Below are positions 27,827-38,178 of a DNA stretch of 64,000 bases, in pieces. Within the stretch, counting starts at the first letter, position 1. Every line of letters starts with the position of its first letter. A program made the translations under genes and the position numbers. Under the pieces are notes generated by a model that saw only the letters and a list, made by a program, of their open reading frames with translations, did no database searches and was not told where the DNA came from. Source of the DNA: an uncultured Desulfosarcina sp. (GTDB lineage: Bacteria; Desulfobacterota; Desulfobacteria; Desulfobacterales; Desulfosarcinaceae). Location of the stretch: contig CAXXWQ010000003.1 of NCBI GenBank assembly GCA_963674945.2, positions 1,536,001-1,600,000 on the forward strand. The letters are read 5' to 3'.

Positions 27827-28739
27827 AATCGTTACCTTCATAGCGTTCGGCTCGTTTACGGATGACCTCCTCTTCCGGCAGCCAAGTCTTTTCGGCCGGA
27901 ATTTCGATCACCGATGCAATAATCGCCACCGGGTAATCGGGAAGATACGTCAGACGGCCGAAAAAGGAGGGGCAGTTCATCTGGCCGTCAACGGCCCGGA
28001 TAACGCTTTCTCCCCGAAGCCCGGTAAAGGTCAATCCCCTGAGTGCCCCGGCAACGGCTGCCGGTTGGCCGGCAATGACTTTTTGTATAGCGGCTTCATA
28101 GTCCTTGTCGCCCAACGGATGCCAGCATTCTGCGGTCCAGGTGATGGGTGAGCCGATCTCTTCAAAATATTGTTTGAAAAATCCCATGATGCCCCTTCCC
28201 CAGGCATAATCCGGACCGATCCAGGCATAGCGTTTCCAGGGCATCAAGGAGGGGAAAATGCTGAATCCCAGGGATTCCATGCGGGAATTGGGTTCGAACA
28301 GGCATACATACGGATGGCCGTTTTCCACTACAATGGATTGGGAGTTGCCGATGGATACCAGGTAGGGGATCTTCAGCTCCTTGCAAGCTGCCGAAGCCTT
28401 TATTACACATGGACTCGATGCTCCGCCGAATACGGCGACGACGTTTTCTTCCCGTGCAAGCGCAACGACATGACGGTAATGCAGGGCCGGATCGTTAGCG
28501 CCATCCCGGTGCACGAGTTGAACCGGATTGCCGAGAACACCTCCCTGTGAATTGATTTCGTCGACTGCGAATTGTGCAACGTTGAACGCATTTTTCGTAT
28601 AGGCTTGGGATACGGAAGAGAAATCGCCGACAAAACCGATTTTGATCGGACTGCCTTCACCCCAGGCCGCCGACTTCACGGAGAAAACCGCAACGAAAAG
28701 CAGTAAAAGCAAGTTCAGGGAAGTGGTATGCTGTTTCAT
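27810..28739 (-). pseudogene. Branched-chain amino acid (Leu/Ile/Val)-type substrate-binding protein with an apparent in-frame internal deletion and an IS-derived C-terminus
   Basis: Signal peptide; PIKIG, AVDEIN..GGVLG, GPDYAWG. Only 309 aa, jumping from KVIAGQP straight to AAVAGALRGLTF. The last 5 codons come from the IS end. Confidence 0.65.
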
Positions 28740-28759
28740 CGGTTCACCCCTTGTTTGTT

Positions 28760-28860
28760 TTCTTCTATCGGCAGGTGCCGATACGGAACTTCGCCCCTGC
28801 GCCGGTCCGGGATTCCACCGTCATTTCGCCGTGATGGTTTTCGGTGACAAAAAAGTACGA
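28760..28860 (-). pseudogene. Remnant of a histidine kinase HATPase C-terminus
   Basis: Translates SYFFVTENHHGEMTVESRTGAGAKFRI then, after a frameshift, HLPIEE; neighbouring kinases end [33 protein letters not shown]. Confidence 0.8.
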
Positions 28861-28879
28861 CCGGTTACCAACCTCATCC

Positions 28880-29959
28880 CTATCTGTAATTTTTGGTCTC
28901 GGACTTCTTTTTTTCTAAAAGTCTCTTATAGTGATCCGGGTAAAATTTCTGCAAACAATCCGGACATATACCATGAGAAAATGTGGCATCCGTCCGGTCC
29001 ATTATATACTTCTCGACTTCCTGCCAATAGCCGTCGTCATCCCTGACCTTCTTGCAATTGGCACAGATTGGAAGGAACCCTCTCAGTTCCTTGATCTCCG
29101 CGAGCGCTTCCTGCAATTTCGTTATCAATTTCTCCTGCTCCAGCTCCATTTGTTTCCGGTTGCTGATATCCTGGAAAGTCCCCTTGAGTTTGACCACTTT
29201 GCCGTCGACGACCTGAGGAATACATATGGAATGGATCCAAAGATTTTTTCCTTTTGCCGTGAATAGACGAAGTTCAAAATCAGACGGCTCTCCTCGTTCC
29301 AAACCACGCCGTAAGGCGTCTTTCATGATTTCTCTGTCGCTCGGATGAAAACGATCCGTCGCGTCTATATTGGGTTCATAATCAAAGGGAAGCTCGAACA
29401 TCCGGTATGCCTGCCTGGTCCATTTTATCTTGCGGGTATTTGCATCCAATTCCCAACCACCGACTTTGGCCATTTTCCCCATAGCGTCAAGCAACGCCTC
29501 GCTTTCCTCCAGCGCCTTTGTCCGATCGGCCACCATCTGTTCCAGATGTTGCTGGTACCGTCGGTTTTCCCGTTTCAGCCGCGCCTTTTCCAGCGCCATG
29601 TCCACGGCATGGGCCAGCACGGACAAATCCTTGACGGGCTTTAGAATATAATCCCATGCGCCCTGGTGAAGGGCCTCCACTGCATCGGAAATCACACCGG
29701 TTCCGGAAACGACAATCAGCGGGGCGTCCGGGCTATTTTGCGAAATATGGGCCAATACTTCCAGACCGTCCATTTCCGGCATTCTAAGGTCCACCAATAC
29801 CAGATCGACATTTTCTTGGCCGAACATGTCGACACCGGCCCTGCCATTTTCCGCCGTAAGAACCCGGCACCCCATGTCTTCCAGATAGTCGGTGAAACTT
29901 TGTCGGATCGTTTCTTCATCGTCGATGACCAGAATGGTTTTTTCCTCGATGCCCACCAT
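28880..29959 (-). CDS. Response regulator (REC-PAS) with C-terminal Cys-rich output domain
   Basis: REC nearly identical to that of 21680..23671; PAS VGGWELD...FQDIS; C-terminus LPICANCKKVRDD.GYW...FSHGICPDC. Confidence 0.85.
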   Translation of the reverse strand: MVGIEEKTILVIDDEETIRQSFTDYLEDMGCRVLTAENGRAGVDMFGQENVDLVLVDLRMPEMDGLEVLAHISQNSPDAPLIVVSGTGVISDAVEALHQGAWDYILKPVKDLSVLAHAVDMALEKARLKRENRRYQQHLEQMVADRTKALEESEALLDAMGKMAKVGGWELDANTRKIKWTRQAYRMFELPFDYEPNIDATDRFHPSDREIMKDALRRGLERGEPSDFELRLFTAKGKNLWIHSICIPQVVDGKVVKLKGTFQDISNRKQMELEQEKLITKLQEALAEIKELRGFLPICANCKKVRDDDGYWQEVEKYIMDRTDATFSHGICPDCLQKFYPDHYKRLLEKKKSETKNYR

Positions 29960-29986
29960 AGCAGACTCACTTTGTTTTCAGTTTCA

Positions 29987-32900
29987 TTAACGGGTTTTTT
30001 CTACCGCCTTCCCCTCTAGTGGCAGGCGGATGATAAATTTCGTTCCTGCACCGGGGCTTGACTCCACGGACATTTCTCCACGATGGTTTTCGGTGATGAT
30101 AAAATAGGAAACGCTCAGGCCGAGACCGGTGCCCACCCCAATTGGTTTGGTGGTGAAAAAGGGTTCGAAGATCCGTTTGCGGGTCGCCTCATCCATTCCC
30201 GGCCCGTTGTCTTCGATCTCTATGACAGCCATGTCCGAATCAGCGGCAACGCTTGTTCTCAACATGAATCGGGGCGATTCGGTCTGTGCTTCCTGCATGG
30301 CCTGGGCGCCGTTTCGCAGGATGTTCAGCAGCACCTGCTGGATCTTGGCTCTCTCACAGGGCGCTAAGACAGGGGGATCCGCATACGCTTTTACAACAGC
30401 AATCCGCCTGAAATCATACTGTTTTTTCAAGTTATAATCGGTGGCGGCCAGTTCCAGGGTTTTGTCCAGAAGGATGCCAAGATCGTTGGAAGAAACCATG
30501 GATTCGCTTTTTCTTGCAAAACTGAGCATGTTTTCCACGATCGCCGCCACGCGTTGGCCCGATTCGTTGATGGTGGACAGCATCCGGGGAATTCCCCGGA
30601 CCGCCATGAACCGTTCGATGGCCGCAAGGGTTGTGCCGGCGGCTTCGGCGGCTTTTTGATTGGCCGGAATATGGAGGTTGTTCACAAGGCGGTTGACCAT
30701 GACTTCGGCCGTCTGCATCATGCCGGCCAAAGGGTTGTTAATCTCGTGGGCCATGCCGGCGGCAAGTCCCCCCACGGACAACATCTTCTCGCCCTGGATC
30801 ATCATCTCTTCCAGGCGGACCTGTTCCGTGACATCATCCACCCGGATCACGGCCCCCTCCACCCCGTTGGCCACCAAGGGGAAAATGGTGATATTTTCAA
30901 AGCGGGTCTCCTGTGCCACCTTGTGCGAGACTTTGGAGGAACCGATCACCCGACGCTCCCGGATGGCGGTTTTGATTCGCGCCATCTCACCGGACAGGCG
31001 GGGAAACACCCGGACCAATGGCTGGGAACGGGCCTCTTCGAAACGCAATCCGGTCGTTTGCTCCGTTCGGTTGTTCCACTGGGTGATATTGCCGTCCCGG
31101 TCCACCGCAATAAGGATGGACGGCATGGAGTCGATAATATTGGAAAGGTAGTGTTGCAGGCGGCGTAACTCTTCTTCATCCTGCTTTCTTTGGGAAATAT
31201 CCGTAACCACCCCGACGATGCCGACAACGCTGCCGTTTTCATCTCTAAGGGGCGAAAAACCAATCCGTAACCATTTCATTCGTCCGCTGGGCAACGGAAG
31301 CCGGAATTCCGATATTCCGGTAGATTCCCCAATCATGGTTCTTTTTATATTTTCCTTTACAGGGGTATCCTTCAGCCTTGGAAATACTTCCCATGGAATT
31401 TTCCCGAGGACCTCCTTTTTTGACATTTCGCCAATGATTTCCAAAGCGCTATTGATAATCGTATGCTCAAAATGGCTGTTGAGCACAAAAATTCCCTCAC
31501 TCATTGATTCCAGAATATTCCCGAGCAATTGTTCGTTTTCACGCAGTGCTTTTTCCGCCAGTTTTCGATCGGTGATATCGGCGTGTGTGCCGATGAAGCG
31601 CGTGGGGTTTCCATCGGCGTCCCGGGAAACGATTTTCCCTTTGTCCCGGACCCACAGATAGCTTCCGTCTTTGTGCAAAAACCGGAACTCCACTTCAAAG
31701 GTTTCCAGATTCCCGGCCAGATATTGGTCGGTTACCGATGCTGTTCGCCCGGTGTCGTCCGGGTGGATGCGTTTTTCGATCTCTTCGGACCTGCCTGGAA
31801 ACTCATTGGGGCTGTATCCGGCCATGGTGTAATAGCGATCGTCGAGGTACAGTATATCTTCAATCATGTCCCAGTCCCAAATGCCTTCGTTGGCCCCTTC
31901 CAACGCCAGATCCAGACGCTGCTCGCTCTCCTTTAATGCCCGTTCCGCCTGTTTGCGCTGGCTAATGTCCTCTTCGAAAACGACCATAAACTCCTGGTTC
32001 TCATATTGGGAAACATTCAGCTGGAGTTGTACCGGGAAAATTTCACCATTTTTCCGCAGATGGCGCGTCTCGATTGTCTGTGCACGTATATGGCGAAGCT
32101 TGACCATGAGATCGGCGTAACGACCGGGTGTGTAATCCGGGTCGATATCGAAAACCGTCATATGGCAAAGTTCTTCTCTCGTATAGCCGAGATTACGGCA
32201 GACCTGCTCATTGACATCCAGCAGTCGCCCCTTTTCGTCGACGCGATAAATTCCGACAGAGGCCTTGTCGAAGATAAACTGGGTCAGCCGCAGGGAAGAC
32301 TCCATCTCTCTTCGCCAGGTAATATCCATGGTCACACCGTAAAAGACGACGCTGCCGTCAACCTTTCGTGGGACTGAACTGCATTCGATCCAGATCTCCT
32401 CCCCTGAAACTTTTATGAAGCGTCCCTCATAGTACCAGGGTTTGACACGCTCCACGGCATCCTTGACGGACGCCACGAAACGCGGTCGATCCTCCTCGGG
32501 CAGGCAGGCCACAAAATCATCGAAAAAATCCTCCGGTTCCGAATCCAGCCCGAGCAACGCAATGGACTTTTCCTTAATCACGCTGGTAACCGCATTGGGT
32601 TCCAGTGTAAATTGATACACGACGCCGGGAACATTGGATACCAGGTCTTTCAGACGCTCTTCACTCTCCCGTAACACCTGCTCCATTTGTTTTCGTTCAC
32701 TGATGTCCTGAACGAATGCCACGTGGAGTTCCAGGCCCTCGTACCGGACCAGTTTTTCAATGACCTGAATGGGAATGACGTTGCCGTTTCTGTGCCGGTG
32801 AAAAACGTCGCTGATTTTCGTTCCCACCTCATTCAATATGGCCCTGCCCTCTGCCCAGTGAACGGGGTCGAAGCCTGGGGTGAAGTCGAAAACCATCATC

Positions 32901-34513
32901 CGGCGCAGTTCCTCCCTGGAGTACCCCAGGCTTTGAGAGCCCTGTTCATTCACATCCAGGATTTCGCCCTCAGGCCCCATGCGCCAGATTCCGATGGGAG
33001 CATTGTCGAAGATAAACTGGGTCAGGCGCAAGGCGTCTTCCATTTCCTTGCGGCGGGTGATGTCCCAGGCGATGCCCAGAACACCGGTCACCGCCCCGTT
33101 GTCATTGCGCACCGGGGTTTTGATGGTGTTAACCACGAAGTTTTGTCCGTTTACGAAAATGGTTTCCTCGATTTCTTCCGGCCTGCCCCCGGCAAGGATC
33201 CTGGCATCATCCTTCCTGTATTTTTCCGCAAGCTCACGGGGAAATAGATCGAAATCCGTCTTTCCGGCAATCTCGTCCTCATGGATGTTCATATTATCGA
33301 CAAAGCTCCGGTTGCAGGATACGTAGACCGAATGCTTGTTTTTGAAAAAAACCCTCTGGGGAAGGTTGTCGACGAGGGTCCTGTATTTTGCTTCGCTTTC
33401 CCTCAACACCCGGTTCAGCCGGGACATCTCAGACACTTTGGTGTTGATCTCAGCCGTCATGACATTGAAGGCGTGGGCCAGTTTTCCGATTTCATCCCGG
33501 GCGCTTATCGGGGCTGTCACATCGAATCTGCCTTCCTCGACATGTTTCATGGCGTCCATCAAATGGGTGATGGGCCCCAAAATGGTCTTATTCAGGCCGA
33601 AAAAGCCAAGGATAACAACCAGAAGGGGAACGACAAAAAGAAAGATGACAACCATTGTAAGGCTGCGCCGGCTTGCCCTCTCCAGTCTTTCATCGGCGTG
33701 ATCGAGATCGGATTGCACGTCCCTTACAGTTGAATCGATTTCGGTTTTTTTCACGGCCAGATCAAAATCGGCTTTTGATCGTTGGATCCGTGTTTCAAAG
33801 AGGGAAAGCGTTTTTTCCGATTCAACAATCAATGTTTCAAGGGATTCGATTTGGGCAAACAGATCGGCAAACAGATCGGCAATACCGCCGTCCGGGTCGA
33901 TCAACTGCAGTTGGGAGGAAACGAATCGTCTGTTTTTCGTGACCACGCCTTTGTCCTCTTCCGAAACGCTTCGGGATATGAGGCCATTCATGGAAACCAG
34001 CGTCAATTGGTTCAGGCTTTTCAGAACATAGGGTGCCAACGCCAGATGTTCGGCGGCGTCAACCCCCAGAACCTTGTCCATCTGGGCGATTGCCAGCACA
34101 GTGGCGATTTTATCATCCAGTTTATAATAGAGGGTATTGATTTGCGTTCGGATGTCGCTATAGGCGCGATCGATTTCTGCGCGTGCCTGTTCTTTCTCGG
34201 CAATCAAACCGACAAGCCGTTGTCCGGATTTTACCAGGGTGCTCTGTTCCTTCATCTGCGATCCGGGTGGATTGCGGAACTGGTCGACGGTAAGCGGAGG
34301 AACATGGCCGGAAGCCATGATGTCCGAGATCGATCGAATCAACGCATTTTTCCACTTTACGAACTCCCGGACACCGGCCAGTTCTGCATTCACGTTATCG
34401 CGAACGCGCAAACTGAACGAAACCTCCCGATGGGTCCAGATCGTCATGGCGGCCAGAATGACAAATACAAAAAAAACCGCTGCCCCCACCGTGATAATTT
34501 TCTTTCGAATCAT
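29987..34513 (-). CDS. Large membrane sensor histidine kinase (two TM, HAMP, seven PAS)
   Basis: [18 protein letters not shown]; seven PAS/PAC units ending in DI(T/S) or [17 protein letters not shown]. Start taken at MIRKKII (34513) to avoid overlap with the upstream gene. Confidence 0.92.
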   Translation of the reverse strand: MIRKKIITVGAAVFFVFVILAAMTIWTHREVSFSLRVRDNVNAELAGVREFVKWKNALIRSISDIMASGHVPPLTVDQFRNPPGSQMKEQSTLVKSGQRLVGLIAEKEQARAEIDRAYSDIRTQINTLYYKLDDKIATVLAIAQMDKVLGVDAAEHLALAPYVLKSLNQLTLVSMNGLISRSVSEEDKGVVTKNRRFVSSQLQLIDPDGGIADLFADLFAQIESLETLIVESEKTLSLFETRIQRSKADFDLAVKKTEIDSTVRDVQSDLDHADERLERASRRSLTMVVIFLFVVPLLVVILGFFGLNKTILGPITHLMDAMKHVEEGRFDVTAPISARDEIGKLAHAFNVMTAEINTKVSEMSRLNRVLRESEAKYRTLVDNLPQRVFFKNKHSVYVSCNRSFVDNMNIHEDEIAGKTDFDLFPRELAEKYRKDDARILAGGRPEEIEETIFVNGQNFVVNTIKTPVRNDNGAVTGVLGIAWDITRRKEMEDALRLTQFIFDNAPIGIWRMGPEGEILDVNEQGSQSLGYSREELRRMMVFDFTPGFDPVHWAEGRAILNEVGTKISDVFHRHRNGNVIPIQVIEKLVRYEGLELHVAFVQDISERKQMEQVLRESEERLKDLVSNVPGVVYQFTLEPNAVTSVIKEKSIALLGLDSEPEDFFDDFVACLPEEDRPRFVASVKDAVERVKPWYYEGRFIKVSGEEIWIECSSVPRKVDGSVVFYGVTMDITWRREMESSLRLTQFIFDKASVGIYRVDEKGRLLDVNEQVCRNLGYTREELCHMTVFDIDPDYTPGRYADLMVKLRHIRAQTIETRHLRKNGEIFPVQLQLNVSQYENQEFMVVFEEDISQRKQAERALKESEQRLDLALEGANEGIWDWDMIEDILYLDDRYYTMAGYSPNEFPGRSEEIEKRIHPDDTGRTASVTDQYLAGNLETFEVEFRFLHKDGSYLWVRDKGKIVSRDADGNPTRFIGTHADITDRKLAEKALRENEQLLGNILESMSEGIFVLNSHFEHTIINSALEIIGEMSKKEVLGKIPWEVFPRLKDTPVKENIKRTMIGESTGISEFRLPLPSGRMKWLRIGFSPLRDENGSVVGIVGVVTDISQRKQDEEELRRLQHYLSNIIDSMPSILIAVDRDGNITQWNNRTEQTTGLRFEEARSQPLVRVFPRLSGEMARIKTAIRERRVIGSSKVSHKVAQETRFENITIFPLVANGVEGAVIRVDDVTEQVRLEEMMIQGEKMLSVGGLAAGMAHEINNPLAGMMQTAEVMVNRLVNNLHIPANQKAAEAAGTTLAAIERFMAVRGIPRMLSTINESGQRVAAIVENMLSFARKSESMVSSNDLGILLDKTLELAATDYNLKKQYDFRRIAVVKAYADPPVLAPCERAKIQQVLLNILRNGAQAMQEAQTESPRFMLRTSVAADSDMAVIEIEDNGPGMDEATRKRIFEPFFTTKPIGVGTGLGLSVSYFIITENHRGEMSVESSPGAGTKFIIRLPLEGKAVEKTR

Positions 34514-34532
34514 CTCTTCAGGAATCCTTCGG

Positions 34533-35051
34533 TTATTTTTCTTTCCAGAACCCGCATCCCACCCAGGCTTTTCGCCCGTCTTCGAGGACGATCCCCTTGA
34601 CATACGAGATCTTCGTCTGCAAGCTTTTCGTAAACGGATTCAACCAATCATATTCGATCCATCCCTCTCCGTTCTCTTCGATCATTTGAGCGATCTCATG
34701 GAAAAGCAGCCGGCCGTTGGGAGTTCTGAGATTCCACATGTTTTTCCCGAGAAGTTCGGGACGGATTCCATGGCCGCAACATATCGCCTCCTGCCGTTCG
34801 ATATCGTAACAGTGGATGAAGATATAAAGCTTCCTTTCGTGGTCGAGAAAGGCCGAATTGGTTTGAAGGGCATGTTGTACGGAGGCCATGTCGCCCGAAT
34901 GTTTCAGGATATAATCGTGGGCCGCTTCGACAATCTCCTTTGTTTTCAAGGCGACGGGCTGCAGCCTCTCGGATTCACCGGCGTTTGGTTGGGTAGATGC
35001 AATGATGGACAGAAAAATAACGGCCAATACGAAATATGACGGAAATTTCAT
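34533..35051 (-). CDS. Stand-alone exported single Cache domain protein
   Basis: Signal peptide; LYIF...HG.RPELLGKN..NL..PNG...GEGWIEY.W.NP......K.SYV...VGCG single-Cache pattern. Confidence 0.85.
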   Translation of the reverse strand: MKFPSYFVLAVIFLSIIASTQPNAGESERLQPVALKTKEIVEAAHDYILKHSGDMASVQHALQTNSAFLDHERKLYIFIHCYDIERQEAICCGHGIRPELLGKNMWNLRTPNGRLLFHEIAQMIEENGEGWIEYDWLNPFTKSLQTKISYVKGIVLEDGRKAWVGCGFWKEK

Positions 35052-35720
35052 GTCTGTCTCTTCTTCCTTTTTCGTTTCTCCACCGGCAATTAGACGATGA
35101 ACGTGGCCCCGGCACGGGTGGTGCGCGTTCACCTCAATAATTCGCGGTAATGCAACAATCCCATCACACTTGCTACAAATTACTTTGGATCTGAGTCTTC
35201 TGAAGTGGAATAGATGAACGGTTGGCGTATCGGAAAAGGGGATGGAACAGGGAAGTTGTGCCCTGAAATAACCAGAATCAATAAGAGACTCTCTTCAGCA
35301 AACCACATGCGGTTCGTGGTATTCCACTTGATGGACGCTATCGCTTCAAAACCAAACCGAGGTATCATGAAAAATGCTACCATCGCAAGACAATGGGCGC
35401 AATGGCCATGACAGGACCTCGGAGACACAGCTTTTACTTTTTATTTCACTTGCTATCAAAAAGATTAACAACTACATGAGTCAAAAGTCAAAGCCCAATT
35501 TCAAAACGACAGAACTTTGATTACAGGAACGAAAGCCAAACAGAAGAGTTTCGTGGAAATTGCCGGATCGGAAATGATGCCATTAAAGGCGTTCGTATTG
35601 TGCTGTTTCTAAGAAGACGAAGCGAAACAAACGCATCCTTCGACGATGGACATTCGGTGTTCGAAGTGTAAAATCACGCTTGTGAATTACTGTCAGGCAG
35701 GATAGAACGTCGTCCTGAAG

Positions 35721-36044
35721 TTAATGAACTGTACTGACCCGCCTGTCACCCGCCCGGATGGTTTCATGATCGCGTGCCCCATGGGGGGTATCAACGGGCA
35801 CCATCGTATTTTGGGCCAGGCAATGCCGGCATTCAACGCCTTTTGTATTTTGATAATACAGAATATACGTGGTGGTCAGGCCCCCTATGATCAAACCAGG
35901 AATGACGGAAAGCACCAATACCACCATGGTGGCAATGGCCCCGAATATCGCCACCAACCCGGAAAACAACCCCAACCCGATTTGATTGGGCTCCCCGATG
36001 ATCCCGCAACGGGTGCAAACCAATTCCCTTTTATTTAAAAACAT
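35721..36044 (-). CDS. Small membrane protein with two CxxC motifs flanking a hydrophobic hairpin
   Basis: VCTRCG, about 45 hydrophobic residues, then VECRHC. Confidence 0.6.
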   Translation of the reverse strand: MFLNKRELVCTRCGIIGEPNQIGLGLFSGLVAIFGAIATMVVLVLSVIPGLIIGGLTTTYILYYQNTKGVECRHCLAQNTMVPVDTPHGARDHETIRAGDRRVSTVH

Positions 36045-36191
36045 CCGCCTTATCCTCAACCAAATGATAATTTTTCACATCGCAGAGAGGATATCGGCAT
36101 TTTTCTTCCAAACTGAAATGAAAAGTCCTTGAACGATAGAGATTCTATTGGTCTTGCCAATTATGATGGTCTCGCAAAAAGTCGCTGTTCA

Positions 36192-36317
36192 GACAGATTC
36201 GTAAAAAGCCCGAGATATAGGCTTGCGAGTCCTTACGGAATGAGGTGTCCCTATCGTACGCCGCAGTAACGAAGGATGAAGCGCAGGCGCCGATATCGGG
36301 CTTTTTGCGAATCTGTC
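36192..36317. repeat. About 126-nt palindromic intergenic element, copy C
   Basis: 22-bp terminal IR GACAGATTCGTAAAAAGCCCGA / TCGGGCTTTTTGCGAATCTGTC (one G.U); shares CGCCGATATCGGGC exactly with copy A; a degenerate extra arm lies at about 36165-36184. Confidence 0.8.
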
Positions 36318-36319
36318 AA

Positions 36320-37726
36320 TTATAAATCAGGCCACCGTTTATCCCATGGCCTCACCATCTCATAGCCGTGGGCCGCTTGCAAAACAAGGTCGTCACGATG
36401 CCGGGGGGCGATGATCTGAAGGCCTGCGGGCAACCTGTTCACCGTCAGACCTGCCGGAACCGATGCAGCCGGATGTCCTGAAAAGTTGAACGGGAAGGTA
36501 AACGCAACCGTCCCCAGCAACGGAATGGATATCCCATCGATTTCGGAAGGAGGCGGGCCTTTGGCCGCAAACGCCTCCGTCGGCATTGTTGGTGTGAGAA
36601 GAAGATCGTACTCGTCGAAAAGAACCTCGAGGACGGCGTTCAGCTCGGCCCTGCGCCGCTGGATGGTGGTGAGATTGGCTACCGTCATCTTGCGGGTCTG
36701 ATCCAACACGGAAACCAGCGTGCGGCCGATCCGGTCTCTTTCCTTTTCCAATATTCCTTCCAGTTGCGCATAGATATCCGTAGCGACCAGAGATGACCAC
36801 GCATCCCCCGTATCGGGAAGACTGCCGGACCACAGCTCCACCCGATGGCCCATCTCCGTGAAAGCCGCAACGGCTTTCTCCACGCAGGCCATGATCTCTT
36901 TATCCACGACCGCATGACCCAAACGCGGGCTGAAGGCGATTTTCAACCGCTCCGGAAAGTTGTCAAGCGTTGCCAGGTAAGACACCGCAGGCAGAGGAAG
37001 CGAATAGGGATCCGCAGGATGAGGGCCCATTGTACAGTCCATGTAAAGTGCCGCATCCCGCACGGTTCGGGTCAGGGGCCCCATGACAGTCATCAAACTG
37101 ATACTGATATGGGACGACGGGCCGACGGGAATTCTTCCGAAGGAGGGCTTGAACCCGAAACACCCCGAATAGGATGCCGGAATCCGGATGGATCCGCCGG
37201 CATCGGAGCCCGTACAAAAGGGAACCATTCCACCGGAAACGGCAGCAGCCGAGCCGCCGCTCGATCCCCCTGGTGTGTGTTGCCGGTTCCAGGGGTTGCG
37301 CGTGACGCCATGAAGCCTGTTTTTTGTAAAACCGGTAAATCCGAACTCGGGTGTATTGGTTTTCCCCACAACGATGGCACCGGCCGCTTTGAGCCGGGCC
37401 ACCTGAACCGAATCGATCCGCGCCATGTTGTCCTTGAAAGGAATGGATCCGAAACTGGTGACCAAACCGGCGCTGTCTTCCAGATCCTTTACCCCAAAAG
37501 GCAGGCCGGCCAGGGGGCCGCATTTTTTCCCCGCAACGATCATTTCGGTCATGGCGTCGGCTTCGGCAAGGGCCTCTTCCGGACGCAATGCCACAAAAGC
37601 ATTCAAATCGGGGTTGATTCGATCGATTCGATCCAGTGTATCGCGCATCACTTCCAACGGGGAAATCTCCTTTCCGGCGATACGTCTTGCCAATTCCCAG
37701 GCAGGTTTATGGCAAAGTGACATCAT
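36320..37726 (-). CDS. Amidase signature family protein
   Basis: GVKDL, GKTNTPEFG, PGGSSGGSAAAV, GSDAGGSIRIPAS (Lys-Ser-Ser triad). AGGAG RBS before ATG 37726. Confidence 0.93.
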   Translation of the reverse strand: MMSLCHKPAWELARRIAGKEISPLEVMRDTLDRIDRINPDLNAFVALRPEEALAEADAMTEMIVAGKKCGPLAGLPFGVKDLEDSAGLVTSFGSIPFKDNMARIDSVQVARLKAAGAIVVGKTNTPEFGFTGFTKNRLHGVTRNPWNRQHTPGGSSGGSAAAVSGGMVPFCTGSDAGGSIRIPASYSGCFGFKPSFGRIPVGPSSHISISLMTVMGPLTRTVRDAALYMDCTMGPHPADPYSLPLPAVSYLATLDNFPERLKIAFSPRLGHAVVDKEIMACVEKAVAAFTEMGHRVELWSGSLPDTGDAWSSLVATDIYAQLEGILEKERDRIGRTLVSVLDQTRKMTVANLTTIQRRRAELNAVLEVLFDEYDLLLTPTMPTEAFAAKGPPPSEIDGISIPLLGTVAFTFPFNFSGHPAASVPAGLTVNRLPAGLQIIAPRHRDDLVLQAAHGYEMVRPWDKRWPDL

Positions 37727-37946
37727 GGTTGCTCCTTTTCCGATCCGCCGCAAAGCGTTTGAATGGGTGCTGTCTCAACGTGGCTGGTCAAAAACCAATA
37801 CATGATGGTGGCGTACCAGTCAATTGGGTTGTTTTTCGTACGTCCTCTGTTTCCGAACGCCAACTGATTGCGTTTGGGGATGATTATCAGAATCCCAATA
37901 AAAAACGCTTGACAAATGAGGTGTGCAATACCCAAGGTGGTCGAAA

Positions 37947-37961
37947 TGGCATGATTGTCGC
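37947..37961 (+). promoter_or_regulatory. Candidate sigma-54 (-24/-12) promoter for the acetoacetate-CoA ligase gene
   Basis: TGGCAT-GATTG-TCGC with exact GG-N10-GC spacing; consensus is TGGCAC-N5-TTGC. Confidence 0.35.
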
Positions 37962-38178
37962 GCTCATATCCGTCGGCGGTATCATGGTGGGGATTTTACA
38001 GAAACAGGACTTGTTATTTTCACATATGGCGTCGCGGCCGCGAACCTTACCAATGAGAAGTGAGCACTGCCTTTTTACGAATGCGCGCCGATACGAAACC
38101 ACATTCCCGACGTCACAATCGTTGCCCCGTTCCTTCGATTCAAACAAAGCCGTAACCTTTCATATTTTTGGAGGCAGC

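Noticed and set aside
35133..35720. Short ORFs in the AT-richer spacer (35180..35428, 35214..35411)
   Set aside because: No motifs or convincing RBS; they cannot be supported without homology data.
36320..37726. gatA (Glu-tRNA amidotransferase subunit A)
   Set aside because: No gatB or gatC neighbours, and it lacks the GatA-specific region; called a generic amidase.
37636..38178. 181-aa N-terminal extension of acetoacetate-CoA ligase
   Set aside because: It overlaps the divergent amidase start and promoter region; family similarity and an RBS begin at 38179.
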